A program made the position numbers and the translations under genes. Below the pieces are notes generated by a model, which made no database searches, was not told the DNA's origin, and saw nothing but the letters and a program-made list of their open reading frames with translations. From Mobula hypostoma (taxonomy: Eukaryota): 64,000 nt of DNA. Every line of letters starts with the position of its first letter. The first letter of the stretch is position 1. The stretch spans positions 112,966,001 to 113,030,000 of the forward strand of contig NC_086108.1 in NCBI RefSeq assembly GCF_963921235.1, given 5' to 3'. Of the stretch, positions 37,270 through 50,938 are shown piece by piece.

Positions 37270-40200
37270 TATGGTGTTATGGGTAGGACAGGTGACGAGG
37301 TTCTGCAGAGGGAGTTCAAGGAGTTAAGTGCTTTGTTAAAGGGCAGGACTTCCGGGGTTGTGATCTCAGGATTGCTACCTGTGCCATGTGCTGGTGAGGC
37401 CCATGGCACAGGTAGGAAAATTAAATAGTTAATATGCGGCTAAGGAGTTGGTGTAGGAGGAAAGGCATAAGATTTTTGGATTATCGGTCTCTCTTCTAGG
37501 GAAGGTGGGACCTGTACAGAAGGGACAGTTTGCACATGAACTGATGGGGTCTAATATCTTTGCAGGAGGGTTTGTTAATGCTGCACGGTGGGGTTTAAAC
37601 TCGAGTTGCAGGGGGATGGGAACCAGAATGCCAGAACAGATCGTGGAGAGGTTGTGGAGGAGGATGTTGGTAAGACCTCAGACAAAGTTAAAAGGTTGAG
37701 CATGGTACAACTAGTGTCCTGAGCTGCCTGTATTTCAATGCAACAGGTATCGTAGGAAAGATGATAATCGTTCTGAAGATGAGGTAGCTGGTTTACAAAC
37801 AGAGGCAATGTGTAGTGAGGAGAGGCTGTTGATAGGGCAAAATTGCAGTCAACAGGATAAACTGCAATGCAGAAGGCAGATGGAATCAAAATGGGTGAAT
37901 ACAGAACTGAAGGTGTTATATTTGAATGCGCACTGTATATGGAATAGGGTAGACAAACTTGCAGCACAGTTGTAGATTGGCAGGTACGATGTAGGCATCA
38001 CTGAATCATGGCTGAAAGAAGGTTACAGCTCGGAGCTTGATACACATTGTAGCAAAAGGACAGGCAGGAAGGCAGAGGGGTGGCGATGCTCTGTTGGTGA
38101 AAATTGAAATCAGATCATTAGAAAGAGGTGACATAAGGTCAGAAGATGATGAATCATTGTGGATAGAACAAAGAAACTGCAAGGATAAAACACCCTGATG
38201 GGAGTTGTATACAGATCCCCAAATAATAGCAAGGACGTGGCCTACAAATTACAACGGGACATAGAAAATGCATGCCAAAAGGGTAATGTTACAATAGTCA
38301 TGGGGCATTTCAATATGCAGGTAGATTGGGAAAATCAGGTTGGTGCTGGATACCAGAGGGGGAGTTTCTAGAGTGCCTACGAGATGGCTTTTTAGAGCAG
38401 TTTGTGGTTGAGCCTAACAGAGGATCAGCTATTCTGGATTGGGTGTTGTGGAGTGAAACAGAACTGATTAGAGAGCTTGAGGTTAAAGAACCCTTATCGG
38501 AAAGTGATCATAATATGATTGAATTCACCCTGAAATTTGAGAAGGAGAAGATAAAGACAGATCTATCAGTATTACAGTGGACTAAAGGGAATTATAGAGG
38601 CATGAGAAAGGAGATGGCCAGATTGATTGGAAACAAATACTGGGCAGGAATGACAGCAGAGCACCAATGGCTGGAATGTCTGGAAGTGATTCGGAAGGCA
38701 CAGGACATGTACATCCCAAAGAGCAAGTATTTGAAAGGAAAGATGACACAACCGTGGCTAACAAGACAAGTCAAAGCCAATGTAAAAGCCAAAGAGAATA
38801 TAATATAGCAACAATTAGTGGGAAGTTAGAGGATCAGGAAGCTTTTAAAAACCAAAAAGGCAACAAAAAAAAACTATTAAGAAAGTAAAGATGGAATATG
38901 GAAGTAAGTTAGCAAATAATATTAAAGAGGATATCAAAAGTTTCTTCAGATACATAAAGTGTAAAAGAGGCAAGAGTGGATATGGGACCACTGCAAAATT
39001 ATGCTAGAGAACAGGAAATGAGGGACAACGAAATGGCAGATGAACTAAATAAGCATTTTGCATCAGTTCATACGGTGGAAGACACTAGCAGTATGGTGGA
39101 AGTTTCAGGTGTTGTGGTCATGCATTGTGTGAAGTTACCATAACTAAAGAAAAGGCTCTTGGGAAACTAAAAGGTCTGAAGGTAGTTAAGTCCCCTGGAC
39201 CAGATGGTGTACACCCTAGAGTTCTGAAAGAGGTGGCTGAACAGGTTGTGTAAGCATTAGTAATGATCTTAAAAGAATCACTAGATTCTAGAATGGTTCT
39301 GGAACATGGAAAATTGCAAATATCACTTCACTCTTCAAAATGGAGAGAGGCAGAAGAAAGGAAACTATAGGCTAGTTAGTCTGACCTCAGTGCTTGGGAA
39401 GATATTGGAGTTGATCATTAATGATGAGGTCTCACGGTATTTGGAGGCACATGATAAAATAAGCCAGAGTTAACATAGCTTCCTGACAAATCTGTTGGAG
39501 TTCTCTGAAGAAATGACAAAGGAGAATCAAGGGATGTTGAGCAATTGGATTTTCAGAAGGTCCTTGACAAGGTATCACACATGAGGCTGCTTAATATGCT
39601 ACGAGCCCATGGTATTACAGGAAATTTCTAGCAAGGATAAAGCAGTGGCTGCTTTGCAGGAAGCAAAGAGTGGGAATAAAGGGAGCCTTTTCTGGATGGT
39701 TGCTGGTGACCAGTGGTGTTCCACAGGGGCCTGTGTTGGGACCAATTCTTTTTCTGTTATACGTCAATGATTTGGATGATAGAATTGATGGTTTTGTTGC
39801 AAAGTTTGCAGACAATATGAAGACAGACGGAGGGGCAGGTAGTTTTGAGGAAGAAGAGAGCCTACAGAGGGACTTAGACAGAAAAGGAGAATGGGAAAAG
39901 AAATGGCAGATGGAATACAGTGTCAGGAAGTGTTTGGCCATGCACTTTGGTAGAAGAAATGAAAGAATTGACTATTTTCTAAACAAAGAGAAAGTACAAA
40001 AAACTGAGGTGCAAAGGGACTTGGGAATCGTCATGCAGATTCCTAGAAGTTTAATTTGCAGGTTGAACTTGTGGTGAGCAAAGCAATTACAATATTGCCA
40101 GTCATTTCAAGAAGATTAGAATATAAAAACAAGGATGTAATGTTGAGTATAAAGTGCTGGTGAGGCCTTATTTGGTGTATTGTGAGCAGTTTTGGGACAC

Positions 40201-40680
40201 TTATAAAGAATGAGCCAAAACTGGAGAGGGTTTGAAGGAGGTTCAAGAAAATTATTCCAAGTTTGAATGGCTCTAGTCCTGTATTTGCTAGAATTCAGAA
40301 GACGTCAGTGAAACCTATCGAATGGTGAAAGACCTTGATAGAGTGGACGTGGAGAGGATATTTCCTATGGTGAGAGAGTCTAAGACCAGGGGACACAGAC
40401 TCAGAACTGATGTGTGTCTTTTTAGAACAGAGATGAGGAGGAATTTCTTTAGCCAGAGAGTGGTGAGTCAATGCAATTCTTTGCCACATGCGGCTGTGGA
40501 GGCCAAGTCTTTATGCATATTAAAGGCAGAGTTAATAGATTTTTCATTGGTCAGGGCACGAAGTGACATAGCGAGAATGCAGGAGATTGGGGCTGAAAGG
40601 TAAATTGGATCAGCCATGACGAAATGGCGGAGCAGACTCAATGGGCCGAATGGCCTAATTCTGTTCCGCTATCTTATGGT
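37270..40680 (+). mobile_element. Long degenerate CR1 LINE (ORF1 esterase remnant, endonuclease, RT)
   Basis: GRWDLYRRDSLHMN-like ORF1 remnant, ITESW/SDHN endonuclease motifs, GVPQGPVLG, KFADN, 3' tail. Confidence 0.85.
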
Positions 40681-40684
40681 CGTA

Positions 40685-41585
40685 CCACCAGAACAGTCCT
40701 GATCTTGTTCATCACCAGTGGAGACTCAATCTTGTTCGTCACCGAACAGGCCCGCCCTCGTTCATCACCGGTACACTCATAACGTCGTTCATCACCAGAA
40801 CAGTCCTGATCTCTTCCATCTCCAGAACATACCGAATCTCATTCAGCACCAGAACAGTCCTGATCTCATCCACTTGCAGAAAAGTCCCAATGTCGTTCAT
40901 CACAGGACAGTCCCAACATCGTTTATCACAGGAACAGTCGTAACATCATTCATCACAGGAACAGTCCCAATGTCATTCACCAGCAGAACAGTCCTGACCT
41001 TATTCATCTCCAGAACAGTCCCATCCTCGTTCATCACTAGAAGATTTCCAATCTTTGTCATCACCAGAATAGTCCCGATCTCCTTTGTCACCAGAATAAA
41101 CTTGATGTCATTCATCACCAGTGCAGTCCCAAACTCATTAGTCTCCAAAACAGTCCAGATCTCATTCATCACTAGAACAGTCGCAATTTCACTCATCACA
41201 GAACAGTCATGACCTCATTCATCAGAGAACAGTCCTAACCTCATTCATCACAGTACAGTCCTAACCTCATTCATCAGAGAACAGTCCTAACCTCATTCAT
41301 CACAGAACTTTCCCAAACTCATTCATCACCAAAACTGTCTGATCTCTGTCACCACCAGAATAATCCTGATCACGTTCGTCACCAGAACAGTCCCAGCATC
41401 ATTCATCACCAGATCAGTCCAGTCCATATTCATCACAGGAACAGTCCCAGCATTTTTTGTTACCAGAACAGTCCTAATCTTGTTCATCTCCAGAACAGTC
41501 CTGATATCATTCATCACTAGAACAGTCTCAATCTTTGTCATCACCAGAACAGTACCAACCTCATTCATCACCAGAACAGTCTTGG
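40685..41585. repeat. Degenerate minisatellite, unit about 27 bp, about 33 copies
   Basis: Recurrent TCATCACCAGAACAGTCC..CTC..; period 26-27 nt. Confidence 0.9.
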
Positions 41586-42621
41586 CCTTGATTCCCTAAC
41601 ATGTATCCCCTCAGCCTTCATTGCTCCTGAAAAAAAATCCCATTTTTCTCCAACCTTTCATAAAGCTCATGCTCTTTAATCAAGGGAGCAGTCTGGTTAA
41701 CCTCTTCTGCAGGTTTGACATCCTTCCGGTAATGGGCAACCATAACTGTATGCAACGCTCCAGTTGTACATAACGAGTGTTCTATAAGGCTGCAATGTAG
41801 CTTTCTGCTGATGAGCACCTTACTGAGGGTTCAGCAGTGGAAAGGGTGAGAAGCTTCGGCTTTGTGTGTGTCAACATCTCAGGGGATCCGTCCTGTGCCC
41901 ACCATACTGATGCAGTCAGGACAAAGCCATACCAGTTGTACACTTCATTGGGAGTTTAAGACGGTTTGGTGCGACATTAAAGCAGATGGCAACAGGTATC
42001 CCGTGGAGAGCATTCTGACTGGTTGTATCTCAGTCTGGAGGCTCCAGTGACCAGGAGCAAAACAGCCAGTAGACGGTTGTGGAGTAAGCCAGCTCCAACT
42101 CAGACACAACCCTCCTCACGTTCGAGGACATCTTCAAAAGGTTGAGTCTGAGGAAGGCTGCATCCATCATGAAGAAACCTCAGCACCCAGGGCATGCCCT
42201 CTTCTTATTACTACCATCAAGCACGAGGCACAGGAGCCTAAATACCCACACTCAACATTTCAGGAACAATTTCTTCCCCTCTGCTATCTGAATGCTAAAT
42301 GGACAATGAGCCCATGAACTCAAGCTCACCATTCCTCTATTTGCACAATTTATTTATTTTGTAATTTATAGTAGTTTTTCATATGTGGCACAGGAGCAGA
42401 ATTCGGCCACTCGGCCCATCGAGTCTGCTCTGCCATTTTGTCATGGCTGATCTATTTCCCTGCCCTGTACTGCTGTTGCAACAGGACAATTTCACGCCAT
42501 TGATAATAAACCTGATTCTGATGCCCCCTGGACACAGCTTATCACCTTGAATTATCAGGCTGATACCTTGGCTGCTCTGCTGAAAGTCGGAATGGAGATA
42601 TGAAGCATGGGATTTACTTAC

Positions 42622-42729
42622 AGGTGGCCCACGGCTTCCAGCCAGTCCGGGTTTTCCAGCATTCCCGGGATTTCCTCTTGGCCCAGGGTATCCAACTGCT
42701 CCTTTAGTACCAGGTGGTCCGGTGATTCC
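42622..42729 (-). CDS. Collagen exon, 108 nt: GITGPPGTKGAVGYPGPRGNPGNAGKPGLAGSRGPP
   Basis: Gly-X-Y x12; acceptor ...gtacag, donor gtaagt. Confidence 0.95.
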
Positions 42730-44394
42730 CTGTACGACGAGTCAATAAAATAGCAACGTGTAGAGCATGGGATTGGTGGCAGATCTGTCATTCATTTCAC
42801 TGAGAAGGGGTGGGTTTAATTCAAAGTTCAAGGTTCAGAGTAAAAGCTGTTATCAAAGAACGCACTGTATATTACCATAAACTACTTTGACATTCTACAC
42901 AATCTGGAAAGCTCACCAACGCCTTTATTTTCTGAGGACGCTGAAGAGAACTGGACTCTGCATATCTATACTCACGTCATTCTACAGATGTGTGGTAGAG
43001 AGCATCCCAACAAGCTGGGTCCTTGCATGGTACAGAAACTGTGCTGCAGTGGACAGGAAGGCTCTACAGTGGGTAGTCTAATTGCCCAATGCATCACGGG
43101 CACCAGCCTACCCACCATCAAAGCATCAAGGAGATATATACAGAAAGGTGCAGCCACCCTCTCACAGACTGTTTGTCCCACTCCCATCAGGGAAGAGGCT
43201 ACGTAGGACCACCTGACTCAAAAGTAGTTACTTTCCCCAAGCAGTAAGGCTGATCAACACCTCCACCCACTAACCCACCCCTCCACACCTCCCAACCACC
43301 CCTACTGTCAGTCAGCTTATGTACAGACCCTCCTGTGCCTCGTGTCACTTTATGGACAGACAATCAATCTATGGAGATAAGTTATTTTATGTGTTTATAG
43401 TTATTGTGTTTTATTATTATTATTAGTGTGTTCTTTATCCTGTTGTGTTTTTTGCGCTGCACTGGATCTGGAATAACAAATATTTAGTTTTCCTTTATAT
43501 CGTGTACTGGAAATGACATTAAACATTCTTGAAACTTGAATCTTGATTTTCTTGCTGGCATTTATCGGAAGATAAGAAATAGAATAGAATTTGTGAAAAC
43601 CTACACATAAACAAAGACTGACAAAAAAGCCAACGTGCAAAATACAACAACTTTGCAAGTAAAAAATAAATAATACTGAGAATATGAGTTGTAAAGAGTC
43701 CTTAAAAGTGAGTCTGTAGGTTGTGGAATCCGTTCAGAGTCTTGGTGAGTGAAGTTATCCATGCTAGTTCAGGAGCCTGATGGTTGAGGGGTAATATCTG
43801 TTCCTGAACCTGGCTTCTGTTCTCCTTCCTAATGGTAGCAGCGTGAAGAGGACGTGGCTCGGATGGATGTGGTCTTTGATGCTGCTATCTTGTTGCTGCA
43901 TCCACACAGATGTGCTCAGTGCTGTGAGGGTTTTGCCTGTGATGGACTGGGCTGTATCTATCACTTTCAGTTCCATTTCTGGATGGTGGTGTTTCCATTC
44001 CAGGCCATGATACAACCAGTCAAGTCTTTGGTGACATGATGAACCTATGCAAACTCCTAATTTCTCCCTGGGTTTCTATGGACTTGAGCTACCTCATAGC
44101 TTGCAAAATATATGTCCAGGGTTTTCTGGATGGGTTGATCCTCAGTTGTAAACACAAGAGATTCTGCAGATACTGGAAATCCAGAAAAACTCACACAAAA
44201 TGCTGGAGGAACTCAGCAGGTCAGGCAGCATCTATGGAGAGGAATAAACAGTTGACGTTTTGGGCTGGAACCTTTCATGAGGATTGGGAAGGAAGGGTGC
44301 AGAAGCCAGAATAAGAAGCTGGGGCTGGGGGGAAATTTAAGTGCAGGGTGGAAGATGGAGGCAAAGTTGATGAATGATAAAGATCCTAAGTTGT

Positions 44395-47300
44395 TCACCT
44401 TTTGTCCAAACTTTACTAATATCCTGGCGGGATTGTCTAATATAGCTGTTAGGGAGGGTTTAAACTAAGTTAGCAGGGGGAAGGAAACCAGGGTGTTAGG
44501 GTCAAGGAACAGGAAAATAGAAATAAGACAAAGATACTGTGCAGCAAAGATGGCAAGAAGGACAGGCAGGTGAATAGACAGGATAATTTGCTGTGTGATA
44601 GAAATATAGCAAAATCGGTAACAGATACTGATCTAAATGTACTGTACTTAAATGCACTCAGCATTAGAAATAAAGTGGATGACCTTGTTGTACAGCTACA
44701 GGTTAAAAGATATGACATTGTGGCCATCACCGAGTCATGGCTAAATGATGGATGTGATTGGGAGCTGATTGTCCAAGGATACACAGTGTATAGGAAAGAT
44801 AGGAAGGTAGGTAAAGGGAGTGGCGTGGCGCTGATGGTAAGCAACGATATCAAATCACTAGAAAGAAGGGACATAGGATCAGAAGAGTTAGAATCCTTAT
44901 GGGTCGAGTTAAGAAATGGCAAGGGTAAAAAGACACTAATAGCAGTTATATACAGGCCTCCAAACAGCAGCCAGGATGTGGACTACAAGTTACAGCTGGA
45001 AATAGAAAAAGCGTATCAGAAGGAAAATGTCAAGATAATTAAGGGGGATTTGAATATGAAAGTGGATTGGGAAAGTCAGGAAGGTACTGGATCTCAGGAG
45101 AGGGAGTTTGTAGAATGTCTACAGGATGGCTTTTTGGAGCAGCTTGTCCATAAGCCCACCAGGGAACCGGCTGTTTTGGATTGGGTGCTGTGTAATGAAC
45201 CTGAGGCGATTAGGGAGCTGGAGGTAATGGAACCTCTTGGAAGTAGTGATCATAATATGATTGAGTTCAGTTTCAAATTTGAAAAGGAGAAGCTGGTATC
45301 AGGTGTATCGATATTTCAGTGGAACAAAGGAAATTACAGTGGTATGAGAGAGGAACTGGCCCAAGTCGATTGGAAAAGTAAGCTAGATGGAGGGATGGTA
45401 GAGCAGAATTGGATGAAATTCCTACAAGAAATAAAGAAAGTGCAGGAAAAATATATTCCAAGAAAAAAGAAAATCATGAATGGAAAAATGGCACCAATGT
45501 GGCTAACAAGAGAGGTTAAGGCTAAAATAAAAGCAAAAGAGACAGCGTACAAGGAAGCAAATTTAGTGGGAAAACTGAGGACTGGACGACTTTTAAAAAC
45601 TTACAGAAGGAAACTAAGAAAGTCATTAGGAAAGAAAAGATGAATTATGAAAGGAAGTTGACAATTAACATAAAAAAAGATACTAAAAGTTGTTTTAAAA
45701 TATACAAAGAGTAAAAGAGTGACACGGGTAGATATAGGACCAATTGAAAATGATGCTGGAGAAATTATAACGGGCAACAAAGAGATGGCAGAGGAACTAA
45801 ATGAGTATTTTGCATCAGTCTTCACAGTGGAAGACATTAGCAACATACCTGATAGCCAGAGGTCTCAGGGAATAGAATTAGGTGCAGTCAAGATTACTAG
45901 AGAGAAAGTGCTTGGGAAGCTAAATGGACTAAGAATAGATAAGTCTCCCGGACCAGGTGAGGTGCACCCACGAGTTCTGAAGGAGGTGGCTTTGGAGATT
46001 GTGGAAGTATTGGAAATAATCTTCCAAGAATCAATAGACTCTGGCATGGTTCCGGAGGACTGGAAGGTCGCAAATGTAGTTCAGCTGTTTAAGAAAGGAG
46101 GGAGTCAGCAAAAAGAAAATGACAGACCTATTAGTCTGACATCGGTAGTTGGAAAGTTTTTGGAGTCGATCCTCAAGGACGAGGTTATGAAATACCTCGA
46201 GGTGCATGACAAGATAGCCCCAAGCCAGCATGGTTTCATGAAGGGAAGATCCTGCCTCACCAACCTATTGGAATTTTTTGAGGTAATCTCAAATAAGATT
46301 GACAAGGGAGAGGCTGTGGATGTTTTGTATTTGGATTTTCAAAAGGCCTTCGATAAGGTGCCACATAAGAGGCTGCTTAATAAGATGAGAGCCCATGGAA
46401 TTACAGGAAAGATATTGGAATGAGTGGAGCATTGGCTGATAGGCAGAAAGCAAAGGGTGGGAATAAAGGGACCCCATTCTGATTGGTTGCCGGTTACTAG
46501 TGGTGGTCCACAGGGGTTGGTGTTGGGGCCGCTTCTGTTTACCATGTATATCGATGATTTAGATTATGGATTAAATTGTTTTGCGGCTAAGTTTGCGGAT
46601 GACACCAAGATAGGTGGAGGAGTAGGAAGTGTTGAAGAAACAGAGGTTGCAGAGAGACTTGGTCAGTTTAGGAGAGTGGGCAAAGAAATGGCAGATGAGA
46701 TACAACGTTGAGAAATGTACGGTTGTACATTTTGGAAGATGAAATAATCAGGCAGATTATTATTTAGATGGGGAGAAAATTCAAAAATCAGAAGTGCAAA
46801 GGGGCTTGGGGGTCCTCGTGCAGGATACCCTAAAGGTTAACCACCAGGTTGGATCGGCAGTAAGGAAAGCGAATGCTATGTTGGCATTCATTTCAAGAGG
46901 AATAGTGTATAAGAGTAAGGCGGTGTTGATGAGGCTCTATGGGGCACTGGTGAGACCTCATTTGGAATACTGTGTGCAGTTTTGGGTCCCCTATCTTAGA
47001 AGGGATGTTCTGATGTTAGAGGGAGTTCAGAGAAGATTTACGAGGATGATTCCTGGAATGCAGGGGCTAACATATGAGGAGCGTTTGTCAGCTCTTGGAC
47101 TGCATTCATGAGAGTATAGAAGAACGAGAGGGGATCTCATAGAAACATTTTCGAATGTTGAAAGGGTTAGACAGAGTAGATGTGGAAAGGTTGTTTCCCT
47201 TGGTGGGTGAGTCTAGGACAAGAGGCCACAGTCTTAGAATTAGAGGGTACCCATTTAAAACAGAGATGAGGAGAAATTGTTTTTAGCCAGAGGGTCATGG

Positions 47301-47515
47301 ATTTATGGAATTCGTTGCCAGATACAGCTGTGGAGGCCTGATCATTGAGGGTGTTTAAGGAGGAGATTGATAGATATCTAATTAGTCAGGGTATCAAGGG
47401 ATTTGGAGAAAAAGCCGGAAATTGGAACTAGATGGGAGAATAGTTTAGCTCATGGTGGAGTGGTGGAGCAGACTCGATGGGCCAAATAGCCTAATTCTGC
47501 TCTTTTGTCTTGTGA
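44395..47515 (+). mobile_element. CR1 LINE with nearly complete ORF2 (APE endonuclease + RT), several frameshifts and stops
   Basis: ORFs 44570..45643 (YLNA, AITESW, YRPP, SDHN), 45719..46423, 46424..46711 (KFADDTK), 46794..47111. Confidence 0.93.
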
Positions 47516-48043
47516 TTTACAGCATGAGGAAAGTTATCGTCCTAAATTGTTGTGTAAGATAGGACCCAGTGTCTACTTCCCTGAATGGTAGGAGAGACAG
47601 AGATAGCTAAGGTTGGTGGAAACTGAGTGAAACAGGAGTAAAATCAAATACAGAAGAGGCCATGCCCTCTTCTTGCTACTGCCATCAGGAAAGAGATATA
47701 AGAGCATGAGGTCCCACGTCACCAGGTTCAGGAACAGTTGTTACCCACAACCAGTACTCTCCTGAACCAGCAGAGATAACTTCACTCAACTCAACTCTGA
47801 ACGGATTCTTCCACCTATGGGTTCACTTTCAAGGACCCTACAACTAATATTCTCAGTATTATTTACTTACTTTTTTATTATTTGTACAATTTTTCTTCTT
47901 TTGCATAACAATTGTTTGTCAATTTTTGTTTACATGTGGTTTTTCAAAATTCTACCGTATTTCTTTATTTTCCTGTAAATGCCTGCAAGAAAATGGATCT
48001 CAAGGTTGTACATAGTGACATATATGTACTTTTGATTAAAAAA

Positions 48044-48355
48044 GTGTGGCGCGTGGCCAGGTGGTTAAGGCATTGGTCTAGTGATCTGAAGGTCGCGAGT
48101 TCGAGCTTCAGCTGAGGCAGCGTGTTGTGTCCTTGAGCAAGGCACTTAACCACACATTGCTCGGTGATGACAAGCTGTATCGGCCCTAGTGCCCTTCCCT
48201 TGGACAACGTTGGTGGCGTGGAGAGGGGAGACTTGCAGCATGGGCAATTGTCAGTCTTCCATACAACCTTGCCCGGCCTGTGCACTGGAAACCTTCCAAG
48301 GAACAAATCCATGGTCTCACGAAACTAACAGATGCCTATAATAATATAATAAAAC
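48044..48355 (+). mobile_element. tRNA-derived SINE with CORE-like segment
   Basis: A-box TGGCCAGGTGG, B-box-like GTTCGAGC, core GTGTCCTTGAGCAAGGCACTTAACC, (AAT)n tail; inserted in a Rex-type tail. Confidence 0.75.
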
Positions 48356-49304
48356 ATTTAAAAAAATTACTTTGAACTTTGAACCAAGAGAGGGAAAGGA
48401 GCTGCGGACTAAGAGAGCTAAGGCTTCTGATAGAGAAGGCAGGGAGTTAGGGAGGTAAGGATCTGAGGCTTCTGATAGAGAAGATGTGGAAGGTTGTGAC
48501 TTTGAACGAGCCACAGAGTGATGGGACTGTAGACACAACAGCTTTGGGAACATCAAGCTTTTCAGATTTCCTTATCACGTGTACATCAAAACACACAGTG
48601 AAACGCGTTATTTGTGTTAACAACCAACACACGGAAGGATGTGCTGGGGGCAGCCCGCAAGTGTTACCACACATTCCGCCACCAACACAGCATGCTCACA
48701 ACGTTCAGCAGAACAACACAGAACACAACAAAACAGAACAGAACAAGCGACAAAGCAACAACATCAAAACAAAACCCCCTTCCTTTCATATTCATAGGAA
48801 CAAATATAGCACAGTGGACGATTGAATACAATTTGAGTGAGTAAATTTGCAGTCTACTTCAATATATTCAGTAGTTCCATCGAATTACAGATGGAGGACA
48901 TCTTAACTGTGGAAAACCATCAACGACCATAGTTGAGGGGAAGTAATTCACATGAAGGATTTCAAAGCTTTAGAGGAGAGAAACCCTGAACAAATTTGAC
49001 TTTGATCATGTTTGATGTACTTACTTGTTTTCAATTGTTTTAAGAACATAGAACAGTACAGGCCCTTCAGCCCACAATGTTGTGCCGACCTTTTAACCTA
49101 CTCTAAGATCAATCTAACCCTGCCCTCCAGCATAACCCTCCATTTTTCTATCATTCTTGAGCCTATCTAAGAGTTTCTTAAATGTCACTAAATGTGTCTG
49201 CCTCTCCCACCACTCCTGGCAGAGTGTCCCATGCACCCTCCACTCTGTGTAAAAAACCTACCCTGACATCCCCCCATGTTTTCCTCCAAACACCTTAAAA
49301 TTAT

Positions 49305-49790
49305 GATTAGATTAGATTAGATTAGATTCAACTTTATTGTCATTGTGCCGAGTACAGATACAAAGCCAATGAAATGCAGTTAGCGTCTGACTAGAAATGC
49401 AAAGAAAAGTGTTAATTCCAAAATAACTGGGAATGAAAAGTAAGTGCTACAGCACACAAATATAAAAGTACTGAGACAGTACAATACGGATGCAATACTG
49501 CTTAGCACTGTGATGTGAGGTTCAGCAGTGTCACAGCCTCAGGGAAGAAGCTCTTCCTGTGTCTGCTGGTGTGGGAGCGGAGGCTCCTGTAGTGTCTACC
49601 GGATGGGAGGAGAATGAAAGGTCCATGGTTAGGGTGAGATGCATCCTTGATTATGCTTTTCGCCCTGCCCAGGCAGTGTTTATGGTAGATGTTCTCAATG
49701 GTGGGCAATTGGGTGCCGATAATCCGCTGGGCAGTTTTCACCACACGCTGGAGTGCTTTGAGCTCCGATACGGGACAGTTGCCATACCAC
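49305..49790 (-). mobile_element. Rex1/Babar-type LINE 3' end inserted in a CR1 fragment
   Basis: ORF 49502..49792 (WYGNC..LQRVVKTAQRIIG..SFFPEAV); (ATTAG)n tail. Confidence 0.8.
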
Positions 49791-50938
49791 ATGCACCTTT
49801 GTATGAGCCATTTCCACCATGGGGAAAAAGTCTCTGACTGTCCACTCTACCGATGCCTCTTATCATCTCGTTCACCTCTCCTCTCATCCTCCATCACTCC
49901 AAAGAGTAAAGCTCTAGCTCACTCAATCTGCCTTTCTCTAATCCAAGAAGCATACTGGTAAATCTCCTCTGCACCCTCTCTAAAGCTTCCACATCCTTTC
50001 TATAATGTGGCGACCAGAACTGTTTTCTGTGAATATTGGGCTGAGGAGTGACCTGGTAGAAACTCATAAAATAATGAGTGATATCAATAGGGTAGACATT
50101 CAGATTATAGAGTGGAAATGACAAATACGGGAGGGCATTCTACAGGTTTAAGGTGAGTTGGGGAAAGTTTAAAGGAGATGAGAGGGACACATTATTTTAT
50201 AGAGTGGTGGGTGTCTGGTACAAGTTGCCGGGGTGGTAGTTGAAGAAGATACATTTGCAACATTGAAGAGTCTTTTAGACAGGCAAATGAACAGACAAGG
50301 AATGGAAGGGTAGGGATCATGTGTTGGCTGTTAGATGGTTAGGTTGGCATCAGACATTGTGGACCAAAGTGCTGTTCCTGCGCTGCACTGTTCTGAATGT
50401 CAAGCTGAACTATCTGCAATCTACACTGGTCTCACCCTGGGGGTTTCGATGTAGGACAGTTAACACAGCCTCATTCTCAGTGTACATGAGATTGACCCAC
50501 GGTTATGTTTGTTTCCAAAGCAGCTCTCTCAAGGAGCTCGCACTGCGAGTAGGATGCAGTTCTCCTCCTTCAGCATCTGTTCCTACAGTTGTCTTCTCAC
50601 GGTGTCTGCTGGTTTTGAAACTGATGATCTATGGCTGACTCTTGTATCTATCACCGCCCCACATCACATCAGGCAGAAGATACAAAAGCCTGAAAGCACT
50701 TACCACCAGGCTCAGTGGCAACTTGCTGTTGTAAGACTATTGAACAGTTCCCTAGTACAATGAAATAGACGCTTCACCTCACAACCTACCTTGTTATGAT
50801 CTTGCACCTTGTTGTCTACCTGTACTAAACTTTCTCTGTAGCTGTAACACTTTATTCTGCACTCTGTTATTGTTTTCCCTTGTTCTACCTCAATGCACTG
50901 TGTAATGAATTGATTTGTAGGGATGCTATGCTGTACAG

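Noticed and set aside
48044..48115. tRNA-like sequence
   Set aside because: Continues into a SINE body and (AAT)n tail; it is a SINE head, not a tRNA gene.
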